Origin: Cetorhinus maximus | Lineage: Eukaryota | Direction of reading: 5' to 3' | Length of the DNA: 64,000 nucleotides | NCBI RefSeq assembly: GCF_964194155.1 | Contig: NC_135900.1 | Coordinates: 43,276,001 to 43,340,000 of the forward strand | Shown: in pieces, positions 12,455-25,154 of the stretch | Layout: the number at the start of each line of letters is the position of its first letter | Position numbering within the stretch: the stretch's first letter is position 1 | Translations under genes and position numbers: made by a program | The notes under the pieces: generated by a model | What the model was told of the DNA's origin: nothing | The model's database searches: none | Seen by the model: the letters and a program-made list of their open reading frames with translations, nothing else

Positions 12455-12730
12455 ACCTTCACCATTTTTGCAAGGAGGTTGGAGTACAAGGGTAAAGAAG
12501 TCTTGTTGCAATTGTACAGAGCTTTGGTGAGACACACCTGGAGTACTGTATACAGGTTTAGGCCAGTTAGCCCTTAGAGTCTGTTTCCCCAGGCACTGTC
12601 TCAGGATAAAGGGTCAGCCATTTACAATTGAGATGAGAAATTTCTTTATTCATTCAGAGAACTGTGAATCTTTGGAATTCTCTATCTCAAAGGGCTATGA
12701 ATGTTCAGTTAAGTTTTTTCAAGCTGAGAT
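12455..12730 (+). mobile_element. CR1 3' fragment
   Basis: LYRALVR.HLEYC and NLWNSLSQRA motifs. Confidence 0.7.
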
Positions 12731-12999
12731 TAGTGCTTAGTAAGGTTTTCCTCCATAATCATCCACTAGGGAATTTTTACAGGCGGTGCATCATGAGTGC
12801 AGTCAATGGTCACATTAATAAAAATGCTCAACAAATTTTTCTTAAATGAATCCTTACAGGGCATGGAGATTAGGTTTGAGGAAGATTGTTCCAGCCCTTA
12901 ATTGTTGTGGGAAAAAGGAGATGGCAAAGGAAGCACACTGGGGTGTATACAGTTGGAGCTGTTGGTCATGAACTTTAAGCTTGGTCACTTCTGGGCTTA

Positions 13000-14330
13000 C
13001 TGTACTGCTTAGATATATTTACTTGTTCATTCAAAATTTTATAGAGGCATATCAACCTATGGGTATTACTTTGGCTTGAGGCAGTGTTAGACTAGCGATG
13101 TAATCAACTGGGAGACGCTAGAATCTCGCAACTTATTGTTTGCAACAAAACAAGTAGCCCAGCATTGAACTCTCTAAAGTAAGGTGATGTTTTTAGCAGT
13201 ATATGGGTCCCAAGTGGCTACGCCATACACTAATTGTGGTCTAGCCAGTGTCTGGTACAGTATTTCCTTTACTGTATTTGAAGAGTGATGGAAGTTCTGT
13301 TTCACAAACCCAGCATTCTGGACTTCTTGGAGGTTGCGTGCTGACTTTGCACATTCCACTTTAAATTATTTTGGATGCGGATTCCTAAATAATGGCATTC
13401 TTTAAGCTTCAAGGGGGAAATCATGCATTGTGTAATTGGGTACTGTCAGACATCGGTTATTGTTGATTCGCATGATGTTACATTTTCCATGTTGAATTCT
13501 AATCCCCCATATATTGGCCGATTTGATGAGACTATTTAGTCTTCTTGAAGGCTAACCACATCTGATGGCTCTATAGACTAAGGAATCATCTACAAAGAAT
13601 CTGATGTGGCTTGATATTCAATCCTGGATGTCATTTTATAAAGAGGAGAAACAAATGGGGGCCCAAGATGGTACCTTTGGGCATGCTGCTTAAGACTGGT
13701 TTCAAGTTTGAGACTTCCCCGTTCCCTGTGACTCTTTGTCGTCATTTAGTAAGATAGGCTCTTATCCATTACTTAGTATTTCATTGTGCTCCACAGTGAT
13801 CTAGTTTTTCCAGTAGCTTTGCGTGTGGTACACAGTCGAAAGCCTTGGAAAGATATAAAATAGCTAGATGGGTTGTCAAGGTTATAGGTCAGGTTGTGGA
13901 TGGTAAGGATGAGTTGTGATTCTGTTGATCCAGCTTTACAAAAGGTATGCTGTTTGTCAGTAAGGATTTTCTGCCCTTCAAGATGTCTCATTAGCTGACT
14001 ATCAATGATATGTGCTAATAACTTACAGCAAACACTATTAAGCAAAATGGGTCGGTAGTTTGCTGGATCAGTAAGGGGCCCTTTCTTGTAAGTTGGAGAC
14101 ACTTTGAACTCAGCCAGTCAATGGGTAGTTCACCTGTATTTATGGATTGTTGAAGGACATATTGTAACATAGGTGTGGAACTCACTTGCTACAGTTTTAA
14201 GTGTATGGTTTGTGATGTCATCAAGGCCACAAGCTTTAGATGGATCAATGTAATGGAGGAGTTTCGGAGTTTCTCAACATAGTTTATTGTAATTATAACA
14301 TCAGGCATTTGTAAGGCTGTCCTCATGCTA
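13000..14330 (-). mobile_element. Degenerate LINE RT (CR1/L2 group, distinct from the main CR1 family)
   Basis: KKG...DPANYRPI.L.SVCCKLL.HII...QH.F...STESQL; YQTLARPQLVY...WDPY. Confidence 0.8.
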
Positions 14331-14575
14331 CAGATTTGTACTTAGGTGCTCAGATCAATAATATTTTTGGACTCGAAGGGAAGCAAGTGAATGTGGGTCA
14401 GGTGAGAAAGTGGAGATGAGGATCTCATTGAATGACAAGACAGACTCAAGTGACAGTTCCCATTTCTTATGACCCTACATTGGAATAGTGGTGTCTGGGG
14501 CAGGCTTTGCACTGAACACAAAAGATATGTTATATCTTGGCTATATGCTATGTAGAAAAGGGAAAAGTGCCTCAC

Positions 14576-14735
14576 CTGTTGCAACCTGGTGTCCAAAACC
14601 TCTGCTCCCACTGTGAATCATGACACACACCTGGCCCTTGTGGTCAATGCCCATTTTGCGTGCTGCATAATCATTGTAGATTTCATCCACCACCTGAATC
14701 TCGGCATAGTGGTTTCCAGCACCCAAAGTTCCCAG
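14576..14735 (-). CDS. RTCB: RTCB coding exon 7 ([14 protein letters not shown]...[13 protein letters not shown])
   Basis: Acceptor TTTTAG|CTG, donor CAG|GTGAGG; 160 nt. Confidence 0.97.
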
Positions 14736-15623
14736 CTAAAAAAATGCATACACATTAGAATACAACTCCTGGTATCAATTCAGTTCCAAACACTTCCTAA
14801 CATTCATGTTGTAACCACAATGTTCAACTTTATAATAATAATTTCCAAAGTTAACTTTGCAAAGCTGAAAATTACACCCCACTGCACAGCAAAAAAGCAA
14901 ATTAGGAAATAAGTTTGTCCGTAATTATTCCTATCACAATGAGCTTTGTGATCCAGAAAGTTGGGCATTGTCCATGCAAAGCAATGAGTTCACAAAAGGA
15001 CTTGCACGCAAACAATAATACCCATTTAATATTAAAAAAAACTGCACGAACTTACGAATTAGGGGCAGGAGTAGACCACTCAGCCTTCATGCCTGCTCCA
15101 CCATTCAATAAGATCATGTTGATTCTGATTGTAACCTCCCACCCACCTCCGATAACCTTTCACCCCCTTGTTAGTCATCTATCTAGCTCTGCCTTAAAAA
15201 TATTTAACGACTCTGCTTCCACTGCCTTTTGAGAAAGAGTTACAAAGACTCATGACCCTCAGAAAAAATTCTCATCTCTGTCTTAAATGAGTGACCCCTT
15301 ATTTTTAAACCATGAACCCTAGTTCTAGATTCTCCCACAAGAGAAAATATCCTCTCCACATCCACTCTGTCAATGCCCCTCAGGATCTTAAAGGATCAAG
15401 TCACCTCTTACTCTTCTAAACTCCTATGGATACAAGCCTAACCTGTCCAACCTTCCCTCATAAGACAACCTGTCCATTCCAGGTATGAGTATAGTAAACT
15501 TTCTCTGAACTGTTTCTAACACATTTACATCCTTCTTTAAATAAGGGGAACACAGTTACACAGTACTCCAGATGTGGTCTTACCAGTGCCCTGTATAACT
15601 GATGCATAACCTCCCTACTTTTG

Positions 15624-16342
15624 ACCGCTTTGCAGAACACCTTCGGTCTGTCCACAAGCATTACCCAGACCTCCCTGTCGCTTGCCATTTCAACACTACA
15701 CCCTGCTCTCTTGTCCTTGGCTTGCTGCATTGTTCCAGTGAAGCTCAACGCAAACTGGAGGAACAGCACCTCATCTTCCGACTAGGCACTTTACAGCCTT
15801 ACGGACTGAATATTGAGTTCAACAATTTTAGATCTTGAACTCTCTCCTCCATCCCCACCCCCCTCCCGTTTCTTCCCCCTCCTTTTCGTTTTTTCCAATA
15901 ATTTATATAGATTTTTCTTTTCCCATCTATTTCCATTATTTTTAAATGTATTTCCACCCATTGTTTATTTCTACCTTTTAGTATTCCCCCACCCCCACTA
16001 GAGCTATCTGTACCTTATCTGTCCTGTCTTCTACTCTTAATTAGCACATTCCTTTAGATAATATCACCACCTTCAACACCTCTTTGCTCTTTTGTCTGTG
16101 ACAGCTTTTGGTTATCTCCACCTATTATTGGCTGCTTATCCCAGCAAACCACCCCCCCGCCCTTAAACCAGCTTATATTTCACCCCTTTCCTATTTTTAC
16201 TTAGTTCTGTTGAAGGGTCATGAGGACTCGAAACGTCAACTGTGCTCTCCTCCGCCGATGCTGCCAGACTTGCTGAGTTTTTCCAGGTATTTCTGTTTCT
16301 GTTTTTGTTTTGGATTTCCAGCATCCGCAGTTTTTTGCTTTT
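15624..16342 (+). mobile_element. Penelope-like element 3' fragment (GIY-YIG C-terminus + pseudo-LTR) with 15-bp TSD
   Basis: DRFAEHLRSV...RKLEEQHLIFRLGTLQP.GLNIEF; TSD ACCTCCCTACTTTTG at 15609-15623 and 16343-16357. Confidence 0.9.
16203..16241 (+). ncRNA. Minimal hammerhead ribozyme motif (PLE-associated), variant core
   Basis: AGTT-CTGTTGA-A-GGGTC(ATGAG)GACTC-GAAAC-GTC-AACT. Confidence 0.6.
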
Positions 16343-17847
16343 ACCTCCCTACTTTTGTATTCACTTACCCTCGCAATAAATGATAACATTCTATTAGCTT
16401 TCCTAATTACTTGCTGTACCTACATACTAGCCTTTTGTGATTCATGCAGTAGGACACCCAGATCCCTCTGTATCTCAGAGCTCTGCAATCTCTCACCATT
16501 TAGATAACATGCTTTTTTATTGTTTCTGCCAAAATGGACAATTTCACATTTGCCCACATTATACTCCATTTGCCCACTCGTTTACCTATGTAACTTTGTA
16601 GCCTCCTTACGTCCTCCTCACAACTTACTTTCCTACCTATCTTTATGTCACCAGCAAATTTAGCAACAATACCATCTGTCCCTTCATCCAAGTCATTTAT
16701 ATAAATTGTAAAAAGCTGATGTCCCAGTACCGATTCCTGTGGCACACCACTCATTACATCCCACCAACCAAAAAAAGACCCATTTTATGGCTACCCTTTG
16801 TATCCTGTTAGGTAGCCAATCTTCTATCCATGCCAATATGTTACCCCTTACATCATAAGCTTTTATTTTCTGCAATAATCTTTGATGTGGCACCTTATCA
16901 AATGCCTTCTGGAAATCAAGTACAGTACATCCACCGGTTCCCATTTATCCACAGCACATTTGATCCTTCAAAGAGCTCTAATAAATTGGTTAAACATGAT
17001 TTCCCTTTCACAAAACCATGGTGACTCTGCCTGATTGCCTTAAACTTTTCTAAGTGCCCTGCTATAACATCTTTAATCATCACTTCTAATGTTTTCCCTA
17101 TGACAGATGTTAAGCTAATTGGCCTGTAGTTTCCTGCTTTTGGTCTCCCTTCCTTTTTTGAATAAAGGAGTTACATTTGCTATTTTCCAATCTAATGGAA
17201 GCTTCCCCGAATCTCGGGAATTTTGGGAAATTAAAACCAACGCATCAACTATTTCACTAGCCACTTTTTTTTAAGGCCCAAGGGTAAGTCCATCAGGACC
17301 AGGGATTTGACAGCTCGCAGCTCCAACAATTTGCTCAATACCACTTCTCTGGTATTGTAATTTTCCCGAGTTCCTCCCTCCCTTCCATTTCCTGATTTAC
17401 AGCTATCTTTGCTATGTTACACGCATCCTCTATTGTGAAAACCAATGCAAAATTCCTGTTCAGTTCATCTGCCATCTCCTTACTTTCCATTATTAATTCC
17501 CCAGACTCACTTTCTATGGGATCAACACTCCCTTTGTTAACTATTTTCTTATTTAAATATCTGTCTTTATATTTCCAGCTAGCTTTCTCTCGTATTCTAA
17601 TTTCTCCCTCCTTATTAAATCTTTTTGTCATTCTTTGCTGTTCTTTATATTCTGTCCAATCTTCTGACCTGCCACCCATCTTTGCGCGATACCTGTGAAT
17701 CATCACGCAACAAGTTAATCTTGGACAAAACTGACATGGTGGTGATTTACCAGTTGCTGCAGACTGCTCTTGGGCAAGTCTGTTTCCTAGACACAGAGCC
17801 CATGGCTACTTTCAGCCTAGGAGGATGCACGGTACAAAAAACACTAC

Positions 17848-18004
17848 CTGAGGCAATCCTCTCTTTTTGGCCTTTGCAGAGACCTTGGAAGGATCAGCTT
17901 GCAGCATTCTGCCATATTCTTCACAGTGCTCCTTATCCTCAGCCCAGGCATAGCCTTCCCTCAGAGACCAGTCCACTCCCATCTCCAAAGCTTCTTCTAG
18001 GTCT
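17848..18004 (-). CDS. RTCB: RTCB coding exon 6 ([12 protein letters not shown]...KKRGLPQ)
   Basis: Acceptor TTGCAG|A, donor CAG|GTAGTG; 157 nt. Confidence 0.97.
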
Positions 18005-19480
18005 CTGCAAGTAAATGTCAACTGTCAGCAAGGTAGCAGAAGGATCAATTAAAGAAAAATCCTAAAACTTAACAATCTTAAGTAATTTTGAGGATTGGTA
18101 CAGCATAGCAAAGGTCAATTACAAACAGCATTTTATTTACTGTCAGGTCTTAAAATATGTCTTAAGCTAAAATGTAGCAAATTTGAAAGCACTTTTAACA
18201 GATATTTGATGGGATGGGCGGGAATACTTTGAACACAAAGTACTCAAACTTCCTGCTCCTTTTGAAGTACCAGCCCATATTCCAACAATGCTTTATATAA
18301 GCAACAGTAATTTAATCAATTAAAGTTGTTAATTACTTGGATATTTCCTTCAAGTGTAAAATAATTGTTTTATCATTGTAACAAAAATGAATCAAATTTG
18401 TCCTAACATCTAATATTGCTGTCTTTATCATTATGTTACGTATGGGATTTAAAAACAGCTACAATCACAGAAAGTATGTCTAGCTTAGCTCAATACAGTG
18501 TTGCAGTACAGTAGTCTGTTCAGTGTCTGGCAGTTTGCTTGAAAGCAAAGCCAAATCATGCAATTCAAATACTGAGAGATTTGTTCAAATAGCTACCACA
18601 ATTAGCAGTTTTCTGAATTTACCAGCTAGTTACTTTTGGTTGTTTTTTTTTCAGGCAATATTAGTTTGTGCTTTTCGAACTGAGTTTGATCAGGTGTCTT
18701 TGAAAAAAGGTCACCTGACTGCAAACACCAAAGAAAGCCAGGTAACTTCAATAGGACAACTACATTAAAAAGTAATTACAAATGATGGTTCCTAACCTTT
18801 GTGCTACAACTATTTATTTCAATTATAAATGAGCAACTGGTACCTATTACTTTACTACTGCTGCTTGTTTTTCCTGTTACTGTTTGAATAAACTTTCTGG
18901 GAATTTAAAGCCAAATAAAGTTGATTGCAAATGTTATTCAACCAATTTTGAAGACAGAAAGACCCTGTACAGGATAGATCCAGTAGCTAAAGCAAACCAA
19001 AAAAAGGGTTACATTTATTATTTAGTGTGGAAAGATGTTTTATTCTTTGTTTCTTTATACATATAAAATCTAGAAAATGAATGTACTCTCAAGGAGTGAG
19101 GGAGAACTCATCTAGGAGAGTAGGTTGAAACGTGGAACATATGGAGTACAAGGACTAAAAAAAACTATCACTTCTGACTAATTGGAACTAATTTGTCACT
19201 GGATTCAGTCAAACTAAAAATTGTTTATCTAAAGAATCACACATTTAAACATTGAGAGCACAATTTTTCATCTCTTTCTTTCAGAATATTATATTAATTT
19301 TGACAAAGTTGTAACATCAATGCCAAACCCCCTTCCATTAAACAAATTTAATTCGCATGGTGATTAATGCTAACCCATCTAATTTGCAACAAAACTTAAA
19401 GGTCACTCTCTCCTGCTTCCTGCCATCAAAAATATAATTTTTACATTCCTTTCTCCCAAGTCCTCATGCAACATTCTTAC

Positions 19481-19637
19481 TTAGCACCCATAGGGATGAC
19501 TCCCTTGGATCCGACTCCTACAGGAATGTGATCAAACATGGCCTGAGCCAGCTGTTCTTTTACTGGCTGCACATCCCCTTCATCGAGGTTGGTACGTAGC
19601 AAACGCACTCCGCAGTTGATATCAAAACCCACACCAC
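19481..19637 (-). CDS. RTCB: RTCB coding exon 5 ([16 protein letters not shown]...KGVIPMGA)
   Basis: Acceptor TTTGTAG|GT, donor AA|GTAAGA; 157 nt; contains the catalytic D-I-N-C motif. Confidence 0.97.
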
Positions 19638-19959
19638 CTACAAAAGCAAAATATGCCTCCATAAATATCACTAATATATTATTTTCATATATCTACAATC
19701 CATCTCACCCCTACCCTCCCCCAAATTCAGGTATCTGAATGAATGCACATATTGCTCAATCCACAGGGGTCTTCATAAATAAAGAGAGACTCCCTGTGCC
19801 AACATGGATCAGAATGAAAATAACACCAATAGAAACTGGAATTCCAGCTTAGCTTTCCTATTGCAGAAATGTCCAAATATCTGGATATGGGAGCCAAATA
19901 CAGAGAAAAACAGTAACTGCAGCACAGGTAACCAGTAATCTGAGCCCCCATAAACAAAA

Positions 19960-20015
19960 GATGAAACTCCTATGCAGGAAAAAAAAAGATGAAACTCCTA
20001 TGCAGGAAAAAAAAA
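19960..20015. repeat. Perfect 28-bp tandem duplication
   Basis: GATGAAACTCCTATGCAGGAAAAAAAAA x2. Confidence 0.9.
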
Positions 20016-20486
20016 GGTTCACCCTTCCAAATTCATAAATAGCAAGACATCTCCATGCACAAACCTGCTAAGTCCCTCTCACAAAATCTTGGAACCTTTA
20101 GCTCTTTAAAACTACCAGGTTTAGTTAAAATTCATCAATTGAAGGACAGTCTTTTCATGTCCTGAGATTTATAAAAAGTCAAAGTCCAAAGCTTCTAAAG
20201 TTTGCTTTGCGTACACAGGAGCTTTGTAGACCTGATCAAAAGTGCTTTTGAGCTGCATTTGGACACCCCTATCCTCGTGCAATATTCTGGCACTGCCACA
20301 AGCGCACCATTCCCTTGAAAATAAGTAGTTATAATAACAAGGACGGTCATATTTCTGTGCTTTTCTTATCTAATGTAACAAAATAATATGTAAATCATTA
20401 AGAAAAAGCTCCAGATCTTCAACTTGTCAAGTGCTCCACAATTAAATGTCTACCCCAACCCAATCTAGCCAGTGATTTTTTTTTAC

Positions 20487-20586
20487 CTGGGGATACCACA
20501 GCCTCAGGATCATTCGTGTCAAAGGCAGCCATGTTTCCAATTGCAAACCCATAACCTGAATGGACATCAGGAAGTCCAATGGATTT
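20487..20586 (-). CDS. RTCB: RTCB coding exon 4 ([33 protein letters not shown])
   Basis: Acceptor CTCTCTTAAAG|AAA, donor CAG|GTAAAA; 100 nt. Confidence 0.95.
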
Positions 20587-20879
20587 CTTTAAGAGAGTTA
20601 ATAAAAATAATGTTTCAATAACTAGAAATAAGTCTGAAATACCCACATCAGAATGTACATAAACACACATGCACACAGTAATCTACTAGATTCTTGAAAA
20701 GTTTTAACCACTGTGTTCAGAACTCGCCATCTGTGTGCTCTTCTAGCTGCACATAACATATGCTTGCTAAGCATTAATCTTGAAGAGTTTATTTTAAGTT
20801 TCAACAAGTGATCTCACATTAAAGCATCTTCATTACACAGACATTCTGTATCTGCAAATGTCTAGTAGTACTGTCAAGT

Positions 20880-21136
20880 TTTGACGACTCATGAAGGCTG
20901 TGAACTCTGGAGGCTGACTGTTTGGAAGGGCATTGGAAGAGATGAGCAGAAGCAAAAAGAGGGCCCAGAGAAAACAGAGGCCAGAAAATTGTGCACCTTT
21001 CAACCCACTGTCTTCCACTGCAGCAAATGTACAGAGGCTGCCATGCCAGAATGGGGACGAGTCCCACCAGACGATGCTTAACACAGATCTAACCACCACG
21101 ACACAAACCACCGTCTTACAAGATGGAAGGCTGCCA
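20880..21136 (+). mobile_element. RTE-clade LINE 3' end
   Basis: Frameshifted C-terminal F.CSKC...CHAR.G..SH..RC zinc-finger region and RTE-like 3' UTR ccaccgtcttacaagatggaaggctgcca. Confidence 0.6.
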
Positions 21137-21899
21137 CTGAAATTGTCAAGTTTCAGACAACTTTGTTGTAATAGGTGTCATGCATCAGGAATGCTTCAAA
21201 GCATCATTAGATCAGTACCCTTCATAGTATCAGCTTGAAACCAATAATATCAAAAGGAGCCTATAAAAGGCCTTGCCATTTGTTTTAATGCTTGGTTTCT
21301 CTTCCACAATTCCTATCAAAACAAACTTCCTTTATTTTATTTACAGGTACATTTCATGTTTTGATGGCAATGTGCTATCAAATGACCTGATCTCAAGAAT
21401 CTCAATTAGCACCCCAAACCATCTGGAGGATATATGAATATGATGGCATTCCTGAGCATGAGGCTCTAGCCACGCTGGGATATAATAATCTGTTGGACAA
21501 GCACCCTTATTTGAACCACTCCACAGCAAAGCAAGGCCAAAAATCTACTCTAGATATTAACTTCCCTTGAATTCTGCAATTACAACATATAAAGGAAATG
21601 CCATTTCACTCTACCATGTGTAATGCACAGAAATCTAGCATTCAAGCATCTCTTCTTGCCCACATACTCATATCTACGTTTCAGAAACACCAACATTTAA
21701 AAGTTATATTTGGGTTCATCTATTACTCAAGCTAGGATCCTGTTACAATATCAGTACTTCACAATGGTTTACACTATGAAACATACTTCAGACCCTTATA
21801 CTATGTAATAAACAATGTTGTTGGATTTAACTTTTCTATGCAATACTACATTGTTCATTTTTAAAAAGCAAGGTCCCAGAACATGAAATTTTAACTCAC

Positions 21900-21967
21900 A
21901 TGAACAATCCCAGGCAATGCTGCCACATTTCCAATCTGCTTCATGGCTGGCATGAAACCACCCACAC
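21900..21967 (-). CDS. RTCB: RTCB coding exon 3 ([23 protein letters not shown])
   Basis: Acceptor TTCTAG|GT, donor CAT|GTGAGT; 68 nt. Confidence 0.96.
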
Positions 21968-22589
21968 CTAGAACAAGACAAGGATTAACCGTTTTAGTTT
22001 TCCTGTGGTTGTAAGCAACAAGATGAGAGTTGAATGACAAAGAAGAATATACCCACATGCACAGTGGTAGTCCATCAATATATACAACACCATGCTCTAG
22101 ACTATCCCTTTCTGTGAGGATCCAAATTTCAACAAATTTGCAATTGCAGTCACAAAACGTATAAATCATAAAGCCTTATAAATCATTAACATCTTGGTTC
22201 AAGATTGGACCATGTAATTTCTCTCCTACATCTGGAGATCAATGCACTATGAGCTGATGACATTAAGTTATGTATGAATGCAAGAATATCAGGCAGGGAA
22301 ATCTGGATATGATAGGGGGATGGGCTAGTATCTAGATGCCTTTTAAGAGAAATATAAATAAATGCAGTATGGTGCATTTAAGTAGGGCAACTCTGCCTAT
22401 AGCACCTATACATCATTCACAGTTGTGCACTTGAGGCAGCTAAAGTTAACAATCGGAGGTTATAGATAAGTTGTTGAAGGTACACCTTCAATGTTATGAG
22501 GCTGCTATGAAGGTGAAACCAGTTTAAGATTCACAGTTAAATCAGAAAACACAAGGCAAGCCCTGGCCCAACTTGATCTATAATACTGT

Positions 22590-23220
22590 GCAATTTTAGT
22601 CACCTCTCATAATAGGAAATATTGAAGCCCGGAAAACATTCAGAGGAAAGAACTTTTTGGCATGGAAATACATAAACTTCAAGAGGATAGACTTGTTGTT
22701 TTTAATACTATGGAGAGAATAGATTCTGTTCTGATGGATAGGTTACTCAGGTTAGAAAAGCAAAGGAGAATTGGGAGGTATCACTATAGCTATAGAAGCA
22801 GAAAGTTAGGAACTTATTTTCACAGAAAGTCGAGGATGAGACTGTGAAATTAATAATGAGAAACAAAGAAATAACAGACTTTGAACAAGTATCTTGTACC
22901 TGTCTTCACAGCATAAGACACAAAAAGCATCCCAAGAATAATATAAAGGCGTGGGACAAAAAGGAGGGAAGAACTTAAAACAATTACAATCACTAAACAA
23001 AAAGCACTAAAACTAATGGGACTAAAGGCTGACAAGTCCTCTGGACCTGATGACCTGTATCCTTGTGTCTTAAAGGAAGTATCTGCAGAGATAGTGGAGG
23101 TGGATGCATTGGTTGTAATTTTCCAAAATTCCTTAGATTCTGCAGAAGTGCCCACAGGTTGGAAAGCCACAAACGTAACACCACTATTCAAGAAAGGTGG
23201 GAGATATAAAGATACCAAAA
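22590..23220 (+). mobile_element. CR1 fragments
   Basis: GLKADKSSGPDDLYPCVLKE...WKATNVTPLFKKG. Confidence 0.8.
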
Positions 23221-24037
23221 GAACCAACTGCATTCAGCTGTAGCCACCAAAGAACAGCTTTATAATCCAACTGAGTCCATTCATTTCAGAACTGGTCAAT
23301 TTACTGCAATGTGATAAACTACCAAAATCTTTGTTACCTGCGGATGGATGTTCCAGGAGTCTGATACTAGAATTTATTTTTTAAAGCAAGAGGCGGGGGT
23401 GCTTGAGCGAGTTCAAAGGAAGAGTCTAAAATCCCCATGACACTTATTATTTCTTACATAGTTTCAGGGTTGTCACCTCCACAATTCCATTCCACATGAT
23501 CAGCGTTTGTGTAAATAAAAACTTCCTGACATCAGTTCTAAATTTGCACTTATACATTTGAACCATGTTCCCTTGTCCTACTCTGTTTAGTTTGAAGTCA
23601 TTTTCTATACTGCTTGTTATTTTATATGCCTGTATAAGCTCACTTAACAGTCGCCTGATGTGAGATCAGTCTTATGGCTTTTCTCTCAACTGCCTCTAGA
23701 GGCTAAATGTCACTCTGATGTCTTTGTGACCAGAAATTAAAGTGTGATCTGATCACAGTACCGTACAGTTTACAGCAACACTCCCATTAACTTCTACTCT
23801 AATTTTTGGCAATGCTGTTTAATATTCCAATTACTTTATTAAGTGCAGCTCCACAATGGTTGGCAGAGTCACAAGATATGTCTAAATTTAGGTAGAAATG
23901 ACAACTATGTTAAAAAAGGCCCATCTTGGATAGAGTGGGGATAAATCTCAGGAACTGCTCTCCATGGCATTCCTTTTACTTTGTTGCTACGTCTACTCCT
24001 CCTAACAGATTTGAATCACTGTCCATCTGACATCACA

Positions 24038-24375
24038 AATTGCCCTGAGGTGGTGAGCCAGCTTCTTGCATACTGAGTCATTTCAGAGAGTAGTTTAAAC
24101 ACAACTACACTGCTGTGGGCCTGGAGTCACATGTAGGCCAGACCAGATAGTGATGGTAGATTGCCTTCTCTAAAGGACATTAGTAAACCAGATGCGATTT
24201 TATGACAATCCGGTAGTTTTGTGGTCACCATTATTGACATTAGCTTTATATTCTAGATTTATTTAATTATTTAAATTATTTAATTTGAAGTACCCAGCTG
24301 CTGTGGTGGGATTTGAACTCATGTCTACAGATTAGTCGTCCAGGCCTTTGTACCAAAAGTCTAGTGACACTACTG
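24038..24375 (-). mobile_element. SINE-like derivative of the tRNA-headed LINE (older copy)
   Basis: Shares ctgctgtggg.ctggagtcac...ggacattagt.aaccagatg...gtgggatttgaac with 6960-7250, and gccctgaggtggtgagc..cttcttg with the LINE 3' tail. Confidence 0.7.
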
Positions 24376-24632
24376 GTATGATATCATACATTTACAGCTT
24401 CCTCCAATGTGTAGAGATTTTAAAATGCCATCATTGACCTGTACTGCTATATGAACTGCTACCTGAACAAGACTGCACTTCTCCTTTGCCAAGATCAAAT
24501 TATGACAGCAGATCATAACACATACACAAATGCTAGTTTGAGATTCTATAATTTATCATCACACGTGAACAATTAAAATCTGGCTCCTGTGCTCAAATTG
24601 TACATCACAAACATTTTACAATTTGTTCTCAC

Positions 24633-24711
24633 CTCCTCCACGACATGAATTTCGCAGCTCCTCGAACATCAATTTCTCCAGGGTATCATTGACATAAAAC
24701 ACCCCTTCCAC
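24633..24711 (-). CDS. RTCB: RTCB coding exon 2 ([26 protein letters not shown])
   Basis: Acceptor TTCTAG|GTG, donor GAG|GTGAGA; 79 nt; translated by hand (not in the ORF track). Confidence 0.96.
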
Positions 24712-24869
24712 CTAGAACACAAGAATATCAGGTCAAGGCCAAATCTGTAATCATCAAGCTGGGTCTCCTCTTTGCAACAGGATCACTAACTACAGCTGAT
24801 TAGTCTTGTATCCGAGACCAAATTAACTCAAATGAATGCCAGCTAGCTACTTTTCAGGTGAAGGGAGTG

Positions 24870-25145
24870 CCAGTTTGGTTCATTTATAACACTCGAAGTT
24901 AAGGGGCTGTGGGTTCCAGTGACACTAAAGAGATCGAAAGCAGCCTGCCTGGTATGTTGGGGTAGCTTTCACATGTTACATTTTTTAAATGTGCAGCCAT
25001 TAAGATGAGACGTTAAACCAAAGCTGCAAAAGATCCAATGACGTTATTCAAAGCGCAGAGCAGAGTTCTTCTGATGTCCTGGCAAACATTCATTCCTCAA
25101 TCAATACCACTAAACAAAATAACTGGTGAATTATCTAATATGCAG
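24870..25145 (+). mobile_element. DeuSINE (SacSINE1/AmnSINE1-like)
   Basis: Deu-domain motifs GATGAGACGTTAAACC, AAAAGATCC..TG.C, GAGCAG.GTTCT, GTCCTGGC.AA, CCTCAA.CAA. Confidence 0.7.
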
Positions 25146-25154
25146 CTTGTAAAA

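Larger units (their letters stand above)
15048..17690 (-). mobile_element. CR1 LINE, 5'-truncated ORF2, interrupted by a Penelope insertion
   Basis: LDFQKAFDKVPH, SGVPQESVLG, IAKFAGD motifs; CR1 3' terminus at ~15050-15130. Confidence 0.9.

Noticed and set aside
19960-20015. CRISPR-like or functional repeat
   Set aside because: Only two adjacent copies with no spacer, in a vertebrate intron; likely slippage at A-runs.
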